A DNA stretch of 64,000 nucleotides from a virus, in IMG/VR virus record IMGVR_UViG_3300025738_000001. One strand, given 5' to 3'. This document shows, piece after piece, positions 54,749-62,043 of the stretch. The notes below the pieces were generated by a model. The model ran no database searches. It was not told where the DNA came from and worked only from the letters and a program-made list of their open reading frames with translations. How positions within the stretch are numbered: the stretch's first letter is position 1; the number at the start of each line of letters is the position of its first letter. A program made the position numbers and the translations under genes.

Positions 54749-54865
54749 ATATTGTTGAAAGATTCCCATACACAGTTATGAGGTAACACTGCAATCCTAT
54801 GTATGAGATTTAATGACTCTTTCCGCACCATTCTAACCTGACTGCAGTGAGCAATATACATATTA

Positions 54866-54878
54866 CAGCCGGAGGCTG
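54866..54878 (-). promoter_or_regulatory. N4-type promoter-like hairpin CAGCC-GGA-GGCTG
   Basis: Perfect stem and GGA loop on the + strand, abutting the stop of 54880..55503. Heads the 430-nt leader of RNA array 3. Confidence 0.4.
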
Positions 54879-54879
54879 C

Positions 54880-55503
54880 TTATGCTCTCTTCATCTGGAA
54901 GCGAGTTATGTTTAGTGCAGTATCAAAGTAGACTGCTATACCTGAGCAATAACCATCTTCATGGTACAACATTTTTAGTGCCTCTTTAGCAGCACGCTCT
55001 ACAAACTTGAAAGCGTTAGAGGATGTATAAGCACACCCTTTGAACTGTTTGGATTTACGTACATAGCCTAAGCAAAAGTGATGCATGGCAATACGTGCTT
55101 GTGATGGTTCAATACCATAGTCAATAAGGTGACGCATAATATTGGCATCAAGTTCATCTATATTAATGAGATGTTGTAAGGCTATCTTAGAGATGGGTTT
55201 GAGGTCACGGCAAACGTCCGCTGCTTGAGATAACAATTCGCTCCATAAGTCGAAGCCTTCATTGTTACGTACAGCCTGGATAGCTCCTATGGCCTGCATC
55301 TCGTCTTCATAGGTGATACCTACATTGGTTCGGTGTGCGATAGTATGCTCAACAACATCATGTGCAATGAGTACCGGTGTACGATTATCCTCACGTACAC
55401 AGTTGATGATTGAGCCAAGTGTACCAAAGCGGTCTTCGGATAGATTGCCGAAACGTACTTGCTCCCCGTAAGAGCAGTAGTGCAATACAAAACGACCTTT
55501 CAT
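54880..55503 (-). CDS. Hypothetical protein (207 aa)
   Basis: ORF track. Possible HD-like LIAHDVVEH, but unconvincing. Confidence 0.6.
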   Translation of the reverse strand: MKGRFVLHYCSYGEQVRFGNLSEDRFGTLGSIINCVREDNRTPVLIAHDVVEHTIAHRTNVGITYEDEMQAIGAIQAVRNNEGFDLWSELLSQAADVCRDLKPISKIALQHLINIDELDANIMRHLIDYGIEPSQARIAMHHFCLGYVRKSKQFKGCAYTSSNAFKFVERAAKEALKMLYHEDGYCSGIAVYFDTALNITRFQMKRA

Positions 55504-55851
55504 AATTAGTATATCCCCATTTCCAACTCTTGTGATATGTGGTGAGTATTGGTTATTTTGCTCGTATAAGGCATCGCCAAGAGCTTAGGCCACTATAGCC
55601 TTCAGTTGTTAATAGTCTATCTTATGCAGGGTGTTTCACCGGTTCATAGTAGACTCAGTAGATTCGCTTCTTCAGCGTTAGCGTTGAGCACAACGATTTT
55701 GGTACGTCTCGCACCAGTTCTTAATGCACTTACTACGGAGTGTAGCCCGTTACTCTAATGCATAAGCAGCCACCAGTTAGTTGTAGGAAGAAGTTACACC
55801 TTCTTCTATAGAAGATATGTTAGTTATTTACATACACCAATATGCACAATA

Positions 55852-55864
55852 CCAGCGGAGCTGG
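55852..55864 (-). promoter_or_regulatory. N4-type promoter-like hairpin CCAGC-GGA-GCTGG
   Basis: Identical 13-mer to the copy at 29237; followed by CTAC. Abuts the stop of a micro-ORF. Confidence 0.45.
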
Positions 55865-55999
55865 CTACTCGTCTATTTCATCTTCGATAACATCAATAAT
55901 ATCTGTAACATCGTTACGAATACTATCTACTGTCTGGTTACCAAGTTCTGTCCACTCTTCAATAAGCTGTCGAACTTCGTTATAAAAGTCACGTTCCAT
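55865..55999 (-). CDS. Micro-ORF (44 aa, acidic)
   Basis: Hand translation MERDFYNEVRQLIEEWTELGNQTVDSIRNDVTDIIDVIEDEIDE. RBS ggaga 7-8 nt before the ATG. The + ORF 55817..56020 is its antisense shadow. Confidence 0.45.
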   Translation of the reverse strand: MERDFYNEVRQLIEEWTELGNQTVDSIRNDVTDIIDVIEDEIDE

Positions 56000-56104
56000 A
56001 CACATTCTCCGGTAAGTTAGGATATAGCCTATCTATATCCCTAAAGTCCCTCTTTCCCTAATTTAGGTTCAAGGTTTGGTACTAAAAAGTACTATTGGGT
56101 GTGA

Positions 56105-56117
56105 CCAACGCAGTTGG
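56105..56117 (-). promoter_or_regulatory. Promoter-like hairpin variant CCAAC-GCA-GTTGG
   Basis: Same stem as 52737 and the same CTAC tail, but the central loop base is C. Confidence 0.35.
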
Positions 56118-56221
56118 CTACCTCTATATAAGTATATTAAGCAATAAAAGGTATAGCGTTCATGAACTTAGCACTATCACTTAAAAGAGTACGAGTTTAC
56201 GAGTTCATTGCTCTAAATCTC

Positions 56222-56257
56222 TTAAAAAATAAGGCACCACTCCCGAAGGAATGATGC
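56222..56257 (-). terminator. Intrinsic terminator closing the early operon
   Basis: RNA GCAUCAUUCC-UUCG-GGAGUGGUGC (10-bp stem with G-U pairs) followed by CUUAUUUUUU. Starts 7 nt after the stop of 56264..56554. Confidence 0.8.
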
Positions 56258-56263
56258 AGTATT

Positions 56264-56554
56264 CTAGTAAGGTAACAACTTGTATAGTTTACGGTGAATA
56301 GGTATAGGTCTTGAGTTCTGTAGGTTGAATGAATGTAATGGCTCATGGTCGCTGAAGTCAACGATGAAGCCAGATAGACGTAAGCACTTAACTGTATGAG
56401 GATTTAGGTAATCATTGCTTATACGCATGTCCATTCCCTTTTCCATACGAGTACGGATAGTGTGCTGTATAGCAGCCCAGTCTTCCTTAATCTGAGTTAT
56501 TAGTATTGGGTCACGTATTGCATCACGGCGTCTTACTATGTGGTTAGCTTGCAT
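56264..56554 (-). CDS. Early protein (96 aa), paralogue of 59942..60205
   Basis: ISNDYLNPHTVKCLRLSGF vs ISHTYINEHTIKCLRYSGF, and EDWAAIQHTI vs GQWEAIQESI. Confidence 0.6.
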   Translation of the reverse strand: MQANHIVRRRDAIRDPILITQIKEDWAAIQHTIRTRMEKGMDMRISNDYLNPHTVKCLRLSGFIVDFSDHEPLHSFNLQNSRPIPIHRKLYKLLPY

Positions 56555-56562
56555 GGGCGTCC

Positions 56563-56781
56563 TTACATTGGTGGAGGAGTATCAGTTAGTTCTATGTGGC
56601 ATTCGTTGCTACCGCACTCAGGGCAGTAGTCCCCATAAGGTTCTACAGTTTCAGCAGCACAGTCAGGACAACGATACTTGTTAGCCTGCTTCTCTTTAGG
56701 GCGCTGGTCTATTAGCTCATGTGCTATGAATTCCATCAGGGCACGTTGGCTCATATTTTCAATATCGTCATGCTTTATCAT
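56563..56781 (-). CDS. Early zinc-ribbon protein
   Basis: CPDCAAE...YCPECG. Start at Met6 (RBS gaggaa); the track start is 56796. Confidence 0.6.
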   Translation of the reverse strand: MIKHDDIENMSQRALMEFIAHELIDQRPKEKQANKYRCPDCAAETVEPYGDYCPECGSNECHIELTDTPPPM

Positions 56782-56944
56782 TCTTACGTTCCTCATTAAG
56801 TATTAGGCGGAGTTTATGTAGTTTGTTCATAGTCATAGTTAAGTCAAATGATTGGGCATGGGAGATGCGTAGAGTACCTACACTAAGCAGGTACTGCATT
56901 GCCTCATCCAGTGTCTTCAATGCCTCTGTATTAGCTAAGGGCAT
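56768..56944 (-). CDS. Early hypothetical protein (58 aa)
   Basis: ORF track 56768..56950; overlaps the RNAP II stop. Confidence 0.5.
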   Translation of the reverse strand: MPLANTEALKTLDEAMQYLLSVGTLRISHAQSFDLTMTMNKLHKLRLILNEERKNDKA

Positions 56945-58124
56945 ATTCACTCTCTCTGATTAGTTGTGGTAGGTCATAGCTTAACTTCTCGAACAAGTCA
57001 CATTCTTGCATGCTTCCTAACACGCGTGTTAATGCAGGGCAGGCTGCGATTTCAGCCATGATTTCTTTATAGTTGTAGCGTACTTCGTTCATGTTGTTAG
57101 GGTGAGCTTTGAACTCATCATGCACAGTAACTACTGCAAATGGTTTCTTGTCTAACATAAGGTTAAGACGCGCAACCATACGGGTTAAGTCAAATGTATT
57201 CACTAGTTTGATATCAGTTAGCTTCATGTCATGAATGTGAGGCATACAAATCATTTCAGGTTCTCTTGGTACGATAGGAGTATCAGTACGTTGGTCTAAC
57301 TCGTATGTCATAGCAGCATGCTTAAGGCGCACATCTATTAGGTTGTAGTTACAACGAGCTTTCATCTCACGTACAACCAGACCATCGAATGATTGAGTCA
57401 TATTAGCAGGCAATGAGATACCGTTATCACTGGCTCCCACTTCATCCCATACATAGGTGAATGATGAACCAATCTCTTCAACTTCAATGATAGCCTTCTG
57501 TTGAGTCTTAACTTTAACGTGACAGGCCATACCATCAAGCTGAGTCCAGTGCTGTGCGTCTACAGTAGTATCCCAAAAGTTGTTAATGATACGCATACCA
57601 AGCATAGCTCCCAGCAGCTCCTTCTCCATAGTATCCATGAAGCGTAAGTATTCAGGAGTATCATCACCGAATACCTTTTTAGGTTCAGCTTTAGAGTTAT
57701 AGAAGGTAACCATGATAGGGTTCTTGATTATCTTACGGGTGATTCCTAAGCCCATTTGGATTGACATCTTAAGGTATAAGTCTGAGCGTTCACCTGTATC
57801 AATAAGGTTAACTAACTTAGCAGTGGCATGACAACCAGTCATACAGGCCAACATCTGTGGGCCAGACGCAGTAGCATCCAGTCCCATTAGATGACCAGAT
57901 GGCTTACCTTCTTGGCAGTCACGTAATGCATATACAGCCTTGATGAATAGGATTGGTTCATCAGCGTCATACATCATGTTCTCAAGTGATTCAATGTTGT
58001 CATCAACCCAGTCAATGCGGTCTTGCCATAAGGCCTTATCCAGACCTCCCGGATACTGAGCAGTTACACCCATGTTGTTTGCGATATCAATCTTTACGTA
58101 TTGGATTCCAGTAAATGTTTGCAT
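56931..58124 (-). CDS. Phage RNA polymerase II, catalytic subunit (N4 gp16-like, T7-like palm/fingers)
   Basis: Motif A GLDATASG, motif B R-KII-K-NPIMVTF-YN (R-x3-K-x7-Y), motif C VTVHDEF. Confidence 0.85.
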   Translation of the reverse strand: MQTFTGIQYVKIDIANNMGVTAQYPGGLDKALWQDRIDWVDDNIESLENMMYDADEPILFIKAVYALRDCQEGKPSGHLMGLDATASGPQMLACMTGCHATAKLVNLIDTGERSDLYLKMSIQMGLGITRKIIKNPIMVTFYNSKAEPKKVFGDDTPEYLRFMDTMEKELLGAMLGMRIINNFWDTTVDAQHWTQLDGMACHVKVKTQQKAIIEVEEIGSSFTYVWDEVGASDNGISLPANMTQSFDGLVVREMKARCNYNLIDVRLKHAAMTYELDQRTDTPIVPREPEMICMPHIHDMKLTDIKLVNTFDLTRMVARLNLMLDKKPFAVVTVHDEFKAHPNNMNEVRYNYKEIMAEIAACPALTRVLGSMQECDLFEKLSYDLPQLIRESEYALS

Positions 58125-58238
58125 GTGGTTCTTCCTTTAGTTTGGCTTTAAGTGTGCGCAGGTAGCGCAAGTGTACTAGTCGAGGTGTATCAGGGAACTG
58201 GCCGTGTTTGGCTAACCAGTCTAGTTCCCACAGTAGTC

Positions 58239-59192
58239 TTAACAAGTGATTAGTTCCATTTCATTCAGTACGATAGCACCACGTTTATATGCTGAGCCTT
58301 GATGGTTTACATGATAGCCTTGAGTGTATGCTCTAATACGTTCATCAACGCGGTTAGTAAGATAAAAGCAATTACCAGCGTCAAGAAGCATAGTATAAAC
58401 TTCAGTGGATACTCTGCACATTTCACTAAAGGCTTGAGCTTTTCTTTCGACATACGCAGCCTTAGCCCAATCAGGCGTTGCTTCATATTTTTCACCTGAG
58501 TCGAAAGGCTTTTTAGGAGTCTCTGGGAAAGCCAGCATACGACTATCGAGACTAAAAGGAATGCTGTTCTCAGTTTGCAATACAGCAAGAGGGAGTTTGA
58601 ACTCATGGTGACTACCTTTGCCCAACAAGATGGACTTTTGAGTGTTTAGATACCCACTTGAGTTGTTATCAGTGAGTGGCAATGGTTTAACTAGCATAGG
58701 TGGTAAGTACATGGCACGGTTGATAATGTCCTTGGTTTCATCGGACACCTCATATAGATTCTTGATTAAGATTGAACCGGTCTCACTGTCTTGAGGATAG
58801 ATGAATTCATATACTCCAGTGTGAGCCAATACACCAATCATTTCAGCAGCAGTCTTGATGCCATCAATCTTATCAGCATACATGAGACGTGAGCCAATTT
58901 GAGCAGCAATGTTCTGTATTTGTTGTGGATGTTCTACTGTAACGATTGCAGCCAGAATATCAATAGCAACGGAGCGTAGACAGACAGTAGGGCTAAGAGC
59001 AGCAAGCCTTTCATTTTTACCTTCCCAATACTGATTGTGGTTAATGAATGTGGTGAGATATTCCTCACCAGCGTCAACAGCATCAGTCATGTGCTCCTTA
59101 ACCATGTTACGTAGAGTACGCTTGATGGTAGCTGGGTCACACGACTTTTCGATACTTAGTTGTAGTTCTTTTAGTTGGTTTAAGTTTGGCAT
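58239..59192 (-). CDS. Phage RNA polymerase II, N-terminal subunit (N4 gp15-like)
   Basis: Immediately upstream of the catalytic subunit. VDERIRAY resembles the T7 RNAP DWRGRVY (T/DxxGR) element. 317 aa. Confidence 0.7.
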   Translation of the reverse strand: MPNLNQLKELQLSIEKSCDPATIKRTLRNMVKEHMTDAVDAGEEYLTTFINHNQYWEGKNERLAALSPTVCLRSVAIDILAAIVTVEHPQQIQNIAAQIGSRLMYADKIDGIKTAAEMIGVLAHTGVYEFIYPQDSETGSILIKNLYEVSDETKDIINRAMYLPPMLVKPLPLTDNNSSGYLNTQKSILLGKGSHHEFKLPLAVLQTENSIPFSLDSRMLAFPETPKKPFDSGEKYEATPDWAKAAYVERKAQAFSEMCRVSTEVYTMLLDAGNCFYLTNRVDERIRAYTQGYHVNHQGSAYKRGAIVLNEMELITC

Positions 59193-59197
59193 TGTAA

Positions 59198-59530
59198 TTA
59201 TCCTATATGAGCTATAAACATATCATCTTCTTTGTTGTATACAAGTTCGATGTTCATTACAGCTACTTGTACATCAAGTAAGCGCATTGCTTTGGTAGTG
59301 GATACATTCTTATCATGCTTGGCTACTTTGTTACCAGACTTGATTTTGAGGCCAATAGACATGGCTTCTACGTCCACATATACATCAACATGGGTGCGGT
59401 TAGGGTACTTCTTATCAAATATTCTTACTGCGGTTTCACTGAAGGTTGCATGAGAATAGCTGTTGCCTCCATCGTGCTTGAAGCGTATAGATATACATGG
59501 TACATCTGCGTTATTAGCTAGTTTCATCAT
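59198..59530 (-). CDS. Early hypothetical protein (110 aa)
   Basis: The track ORF starts at a TTG (59545). ATG-ATG at 59530 has RBS gagga at 9 nt. Confidence 0.55.
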   Translation of the reverse strand: MMKLANNADVPCISIRFKHDGGNSYSHATFSETAVRIFDKKYPNRTHVDVYVDVEAMSIGLKIKSGNKVAKHDKNVSTTKAMRLLDVQVAVMNIELVYNKEDDMFIAHIG

Positions 59531-59543
59531 AGAGTTAGTCCTC

Positions 59544-59575
59544 AAAAAGAATGCCTATACCAAGAGGCATAGGCA
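59544..59575 (-). terminator. Intrinsic (probably leaky) terminator within the early block
   Basis: RNA UGCCUAU-GCCUCUUGGU-AUAGGCA followed by UUCUUUUU. Confidence 0.55.
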
Positions 59576-59580
59576 GTATG

Positions 59581-59868
59581 TTAACCGAACTTAATGTCTT
59601 CTAAGCCGCTATCATCGACCACAAGTTTAACAGTACAGGTCAATGTTACAGTGAACTCGTCACCCTTTTCAGCCGCAGCTTTAGCAGCATTAATCATAGA
59701 GCGGGTTACACGATTATTTGAATCCATTGGGATACCCTTAGGGATTTTATATTCATTACCGTCAACTTCGAATGAACAGTTGCCGAAAGCTTCAGCCTTT
59801 TGTTGATTACCGTTACGGTTGTTAGTTGCAGATGTTTTTGGAGCGAACGGAGATGATGTATTAGACAT
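59581..59868 (-). CDS. Early hypothetical protein (95 aa)
   Basis: ORF track. Confidence 0.6.
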   Translation of the reverse strand: MSNTSSPFAPKTSATNNRNGNQQKAEAFGNCSFEVDGNEYKIPKGIPMDSNNRVTRSMINAAKAAAEKGDEFTVTLTCTVKLVVDDSGLEDIKFG

Positions 59869-59912
59869 AGTTATATTACCTTAAAGTCAATAGAGGCGGA
59901 TTGCCATTACTA

Positions 59913-59924
59913 GGGCGCTAGCCC
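59913..59924 (-). promoter_or_regulatory. Conserved hairpin GGGC-GCTA-GCCC (copy 1)
   Basis: 12-mer identical to 61625..61636, in a gap 45 nt right of an ATG. Confidence 0.35.
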
Positions 59925-59941
59925 CATGTTTTATAATGTTT

Positions 59942-60205
59942 TCAGTACTGTATTAGTTCTACGAACCGGTGAGGTACGTATTTGTAATTAGACCAGTAGT
60001 CCTCACCTAGTTTGAAACCAGAGTAACGCAAGCACTTGATAGTGTGCTCATTGATATATGTATGACTGATAGTGATTGGTTTGTTGTTTAGTACAGCATG
60101 CTCAATGGACTCTTGAATAGCTTCCCACTGTCCTTCAATCAATGAGATGTCATGGTCATGAGCGTGTCTAGCTGCATGGTTTAATATCGTTTGTGCTTGC
60201 ATCAT
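59942..60205 (-). CDS. Early protein (87 aa), paralogue of 56264..56554
   Basis: Start at Met22 (RBS ctaggag, 8 nt). Confidence 0.6.
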   Translation of the reverse strand: MMQAQTILNHAARHAHDHDISLIEGQWEAIQESIEHAVLNNKPITISHTYINEHTIKCLRYSGFKLGEDYWSNYKYVPHRFVELIQY

Positions 60206-60215
60206 GGTGATACTC

Positions 60216-60536
60216 CTAGTGTTTAGTGGTTCCAGCAGGTACGCCTTCCATATCTTCAGTCGGCTCAACTAGTTCGTTATTAGCATCAGCTAATCCCTTA
60301 ATTGATTTCCTAAGCTCTTGCTTCTCTTGGTAACGGGCAAAGCCTTCAGCATCCTGAGGTTTGATAGTTATCAAGTGGTCAGGTGATGCACACGTAGAGT
60401 CTCCCATTTTAGAGAGTGACGCTACGTTAAGCAGTAGGCCACATGCTATTGAACCAGCATCATGCTCTTCAATGTTGTACTCGTTTAAGATATCCATGAA
60501 CTTCTGCATGATTTCATTATTGATTTCGTGTGACAT
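60216..60536 (-). CDS. Early acidic protein (106 aa)
   Basis: Start at Met39 (RBS ctaggag, 8 nt); the longer track form overlaps the upstream gene. Confidence 0.6.
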   Translation of the reverse strand: MSHEINNEIMQKFMDILNEYNIEEHDAGSIACGLLLNVASLSKMGDSTCASPDHLITIKPQDAEGFARYQEKQELRKSIKGLADANNELVEPTEDMEGVPAGTTKH

Positions 60537-60546
60537 AGCAGTTCTC

Positions 60547-61014
60547 CTAGAACTGGTAAAGTAAGTTGGCCGTAGCCACTGGGTTTGTTGTATACAGGAT
60601 GATGCCTGTTTGTAAGTATAAATCGTTGTATAGTTCGTATGTGAGTGCAAGTAACAGCAATGGTGCTATCTCCATGCCCATTGGAGTGTCCCCATAGCCC
60701 CACACAGCTCCTAAACGTATGGAAGCAGTAAAGATGCCTATGTTACCGCACTTATGGTCGTAGTGAGCCGCTACGGTCGTATTAGAGTATGAGGCTTCGC
60801 TCACTACTACATACCAATCGTTACAGCCATAGCCAAATGAGTTGTGAGTCTCACCGTCTTCATCGTAGGTGCTATCACCTAAATGTGACGACCATCCACC
60901 GAATACGATTGAGTGTTCTGCTGCTTCAGCAGTGCGAGACATTGAGTACATGAGTGTCAGGTAGCCCATGATGTAGGCTACGAGTACTGCAATAAATATA
61001 AATAGAGATTTCAT
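60547..61014 (-). CDS. Putative outer-membrane beta-barrel-like protein (155 aa)
   Basis: N-terminal hydrophobic signal or anchor, alternating beta-strand-like pattern, C-terminal Y-Q-F. Confidence 0.5.
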   Translation of the reverse strand: MKSLFIFIAVLVAYIMGYLTLMYSMSRTAEAAEHSIVFGGWSSHLGDSTYDEDGETHNSFGYGCNDWYVVVSEASYSNTTVAAHYDHKCGNIGIFTASIRLGAVWGYGDTPMGMEIAPLLLLALTYELYNDLYLQTGIILYTTNPVATANLLYQF

Positions 61015-61214
61015 GCTGAAGTATCCTTACGGCATAGGTCAATGAGTTTAGCTTCTAGTCGTTCAATATTAGGTTGGTACACCCAGTAGATGGTTGCAGC
61101 AATGAAGAAGTAGTCTTGAGATTGCCATCCATCTACCAGTAGTCCGGCAGTCGTTAGCAAAGATATTACTAGTGAATGCACACTGTGCAGTCTACGCTTG
61201 CCGGATAGTTTCAT
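61011..61214 (-). CDS. Small membrane protein (67 aa)
   Basis: ORF track; two hydrophobic segments; overlap-coupled. Confidence 0.55.
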   Translation of the reverse strand: MKLSGKRRLHSVHSLVISLLTTAGLLVDGWQSQDYFFIAATIYWVYQPNIERLEAKLIDLCRKDTSA

Positions 61215-61441
61215 TATAGAAGTCCTAAGTACACATGGTACTGGTGATTGAGTTCATCTATTAGCTCAGATGTATGACGCAGTGCTGGCTCTACCTTTTC
61301 AGGTAAAGGAGTATAGCGTGCTATTTGTATCCCACCGTCAACGCATAGGATATCAACTGATAGTTTATTGGTATGAATACATAGGATTGTATCCATGTAT
61401 AAGTACTCACCATGTGGCAGTATTATTTTAAGTCGTGACAT
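61214..61441 (-). CDS. Early hypothetical protein (75 aa)
   Basis: The track ORF starts at a GTG (61486). Met16 has RBS gtgaggt. Confidence 0.55.
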   Translation of the reverse strand: MSRLKIILPHGEYLYMDTILCIHTNKLSVDILCVDGGIQIARYTPLPEKVEPALRHTSELIDELNHQYHVYLGLL

Positions 61442-61505
61442 ACGAACCTCACTTGGGTTAGGTATTTTTAAGGCACCCAAAGGCACCTTAATTAGTAAAT
61501 AGGGA

Positions 61506-61595
61506 CTACTCGTAGTCGCATAAGTCTTCTAGTTCATCCGTAAAGTTATCGAAACCTGTAGAATGTAGAAGAGCGTCAAGATGTTGTTCAGACAT
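61506..61595 (-). CDS. Micro-ORF (29 aa acidic)
   Basis: Hand translation MSEQHLDALLHSTGFDNFTDELEDLCDYE; RBS gagg. Confidence 0.35.
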   Translation of the reverse strand: MSEQHLDALLHSTGFDNFTDELEDLCDYE

Positions 61596-61624
61596 AGTAT
61601 ACCTCGTTGTGGGTTCGGCTTTTC

Positions 61625-61636
61625 GGGCGCTAGCCC
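61625..61636 (-). promoter_or_regulatory. Conserved hairpin GGGC-GCTA-GCCC (copy 2)
   Basis: Identical 12-mer to 59913..59924, 30 nt right of an ATG. Confidence 0.35.
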
Positions 61637-61660
61637 TCTTGACCTTATCAGTTAAAATGT

Positions 61661-61786
61661 TTATAGGTCGTATAGTACAGCGATAGCACGTAGCTCTTGG
61701 TCGGCTAGTATCTTATCGCGTGCTGCTTTACGGGCCTTGAGTTGTTCTTTAGTGGCTTCATCCTTCTTGTTCTTTGAAGTTTCCAT
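61661..61786 (-). CDS. Micro-ORF (41 aa, K/E-rich)
   Basis: Met20 of track ORF 61661..61843; RBS taagga at 8 nt. Confidence 0.45.
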   Translation of the reverse strand: METSKNKKDEATKEQLKARKAARDKILADQELRAIAVLYDL

Positions 61787-61899
61787 ACTACAATCCTTAG
61801 TAGTTATCAGGGTTTGCTGCCTTATCAACAGCACATAGGACATTCATGGTTGTACACCACGACACGGTTACTACAGTCTTGACTAGACACCAAGGCATA

Positions 61900-62025
61900 T
61901 TAGTTATCATCTTGAACATCGTCATTCTCCACTTCGTTTGGTTCAGACTTTTTAGCGGTATGCTTAGCCTGAATATAGATAGATAGAAATAGCACAAACG
62001 CTATAACTAGGTATAGGAAACCCAT
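61900..62025 (-). CDS. Micro-ORF (41 aa, TM + acidic tail)
   Basis: Hand translation MGFLYLVIAFVLFLSIYIQAKHTAKKSEPNEVENDDVQDDN. Strong RBS ggaggtga. Confidence 0.5.
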   Translation of the reverse strand: MGFLYLVIAFVLFLSIYIQAKHTAKKSEPNEVENDDVQDDN

Positions 62026-62043
62026 AGGTCACCTCCTTATTCA

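Noticed and set aside
55817-56020. 67-aa + strand ORF
   Set aside because: It is the antisense shadow of the 44-aa leftward micro-ORF, which has an RBS. No other + strand genes occur in this region.
61797-61997. 66-aa - strand ORF
   Set aside because: It has no RBS and overlaps two better candidates (61900..62025 with ggaggtga, 61661..61786 with taagga). Its composition is odd (W/C/T-rich).
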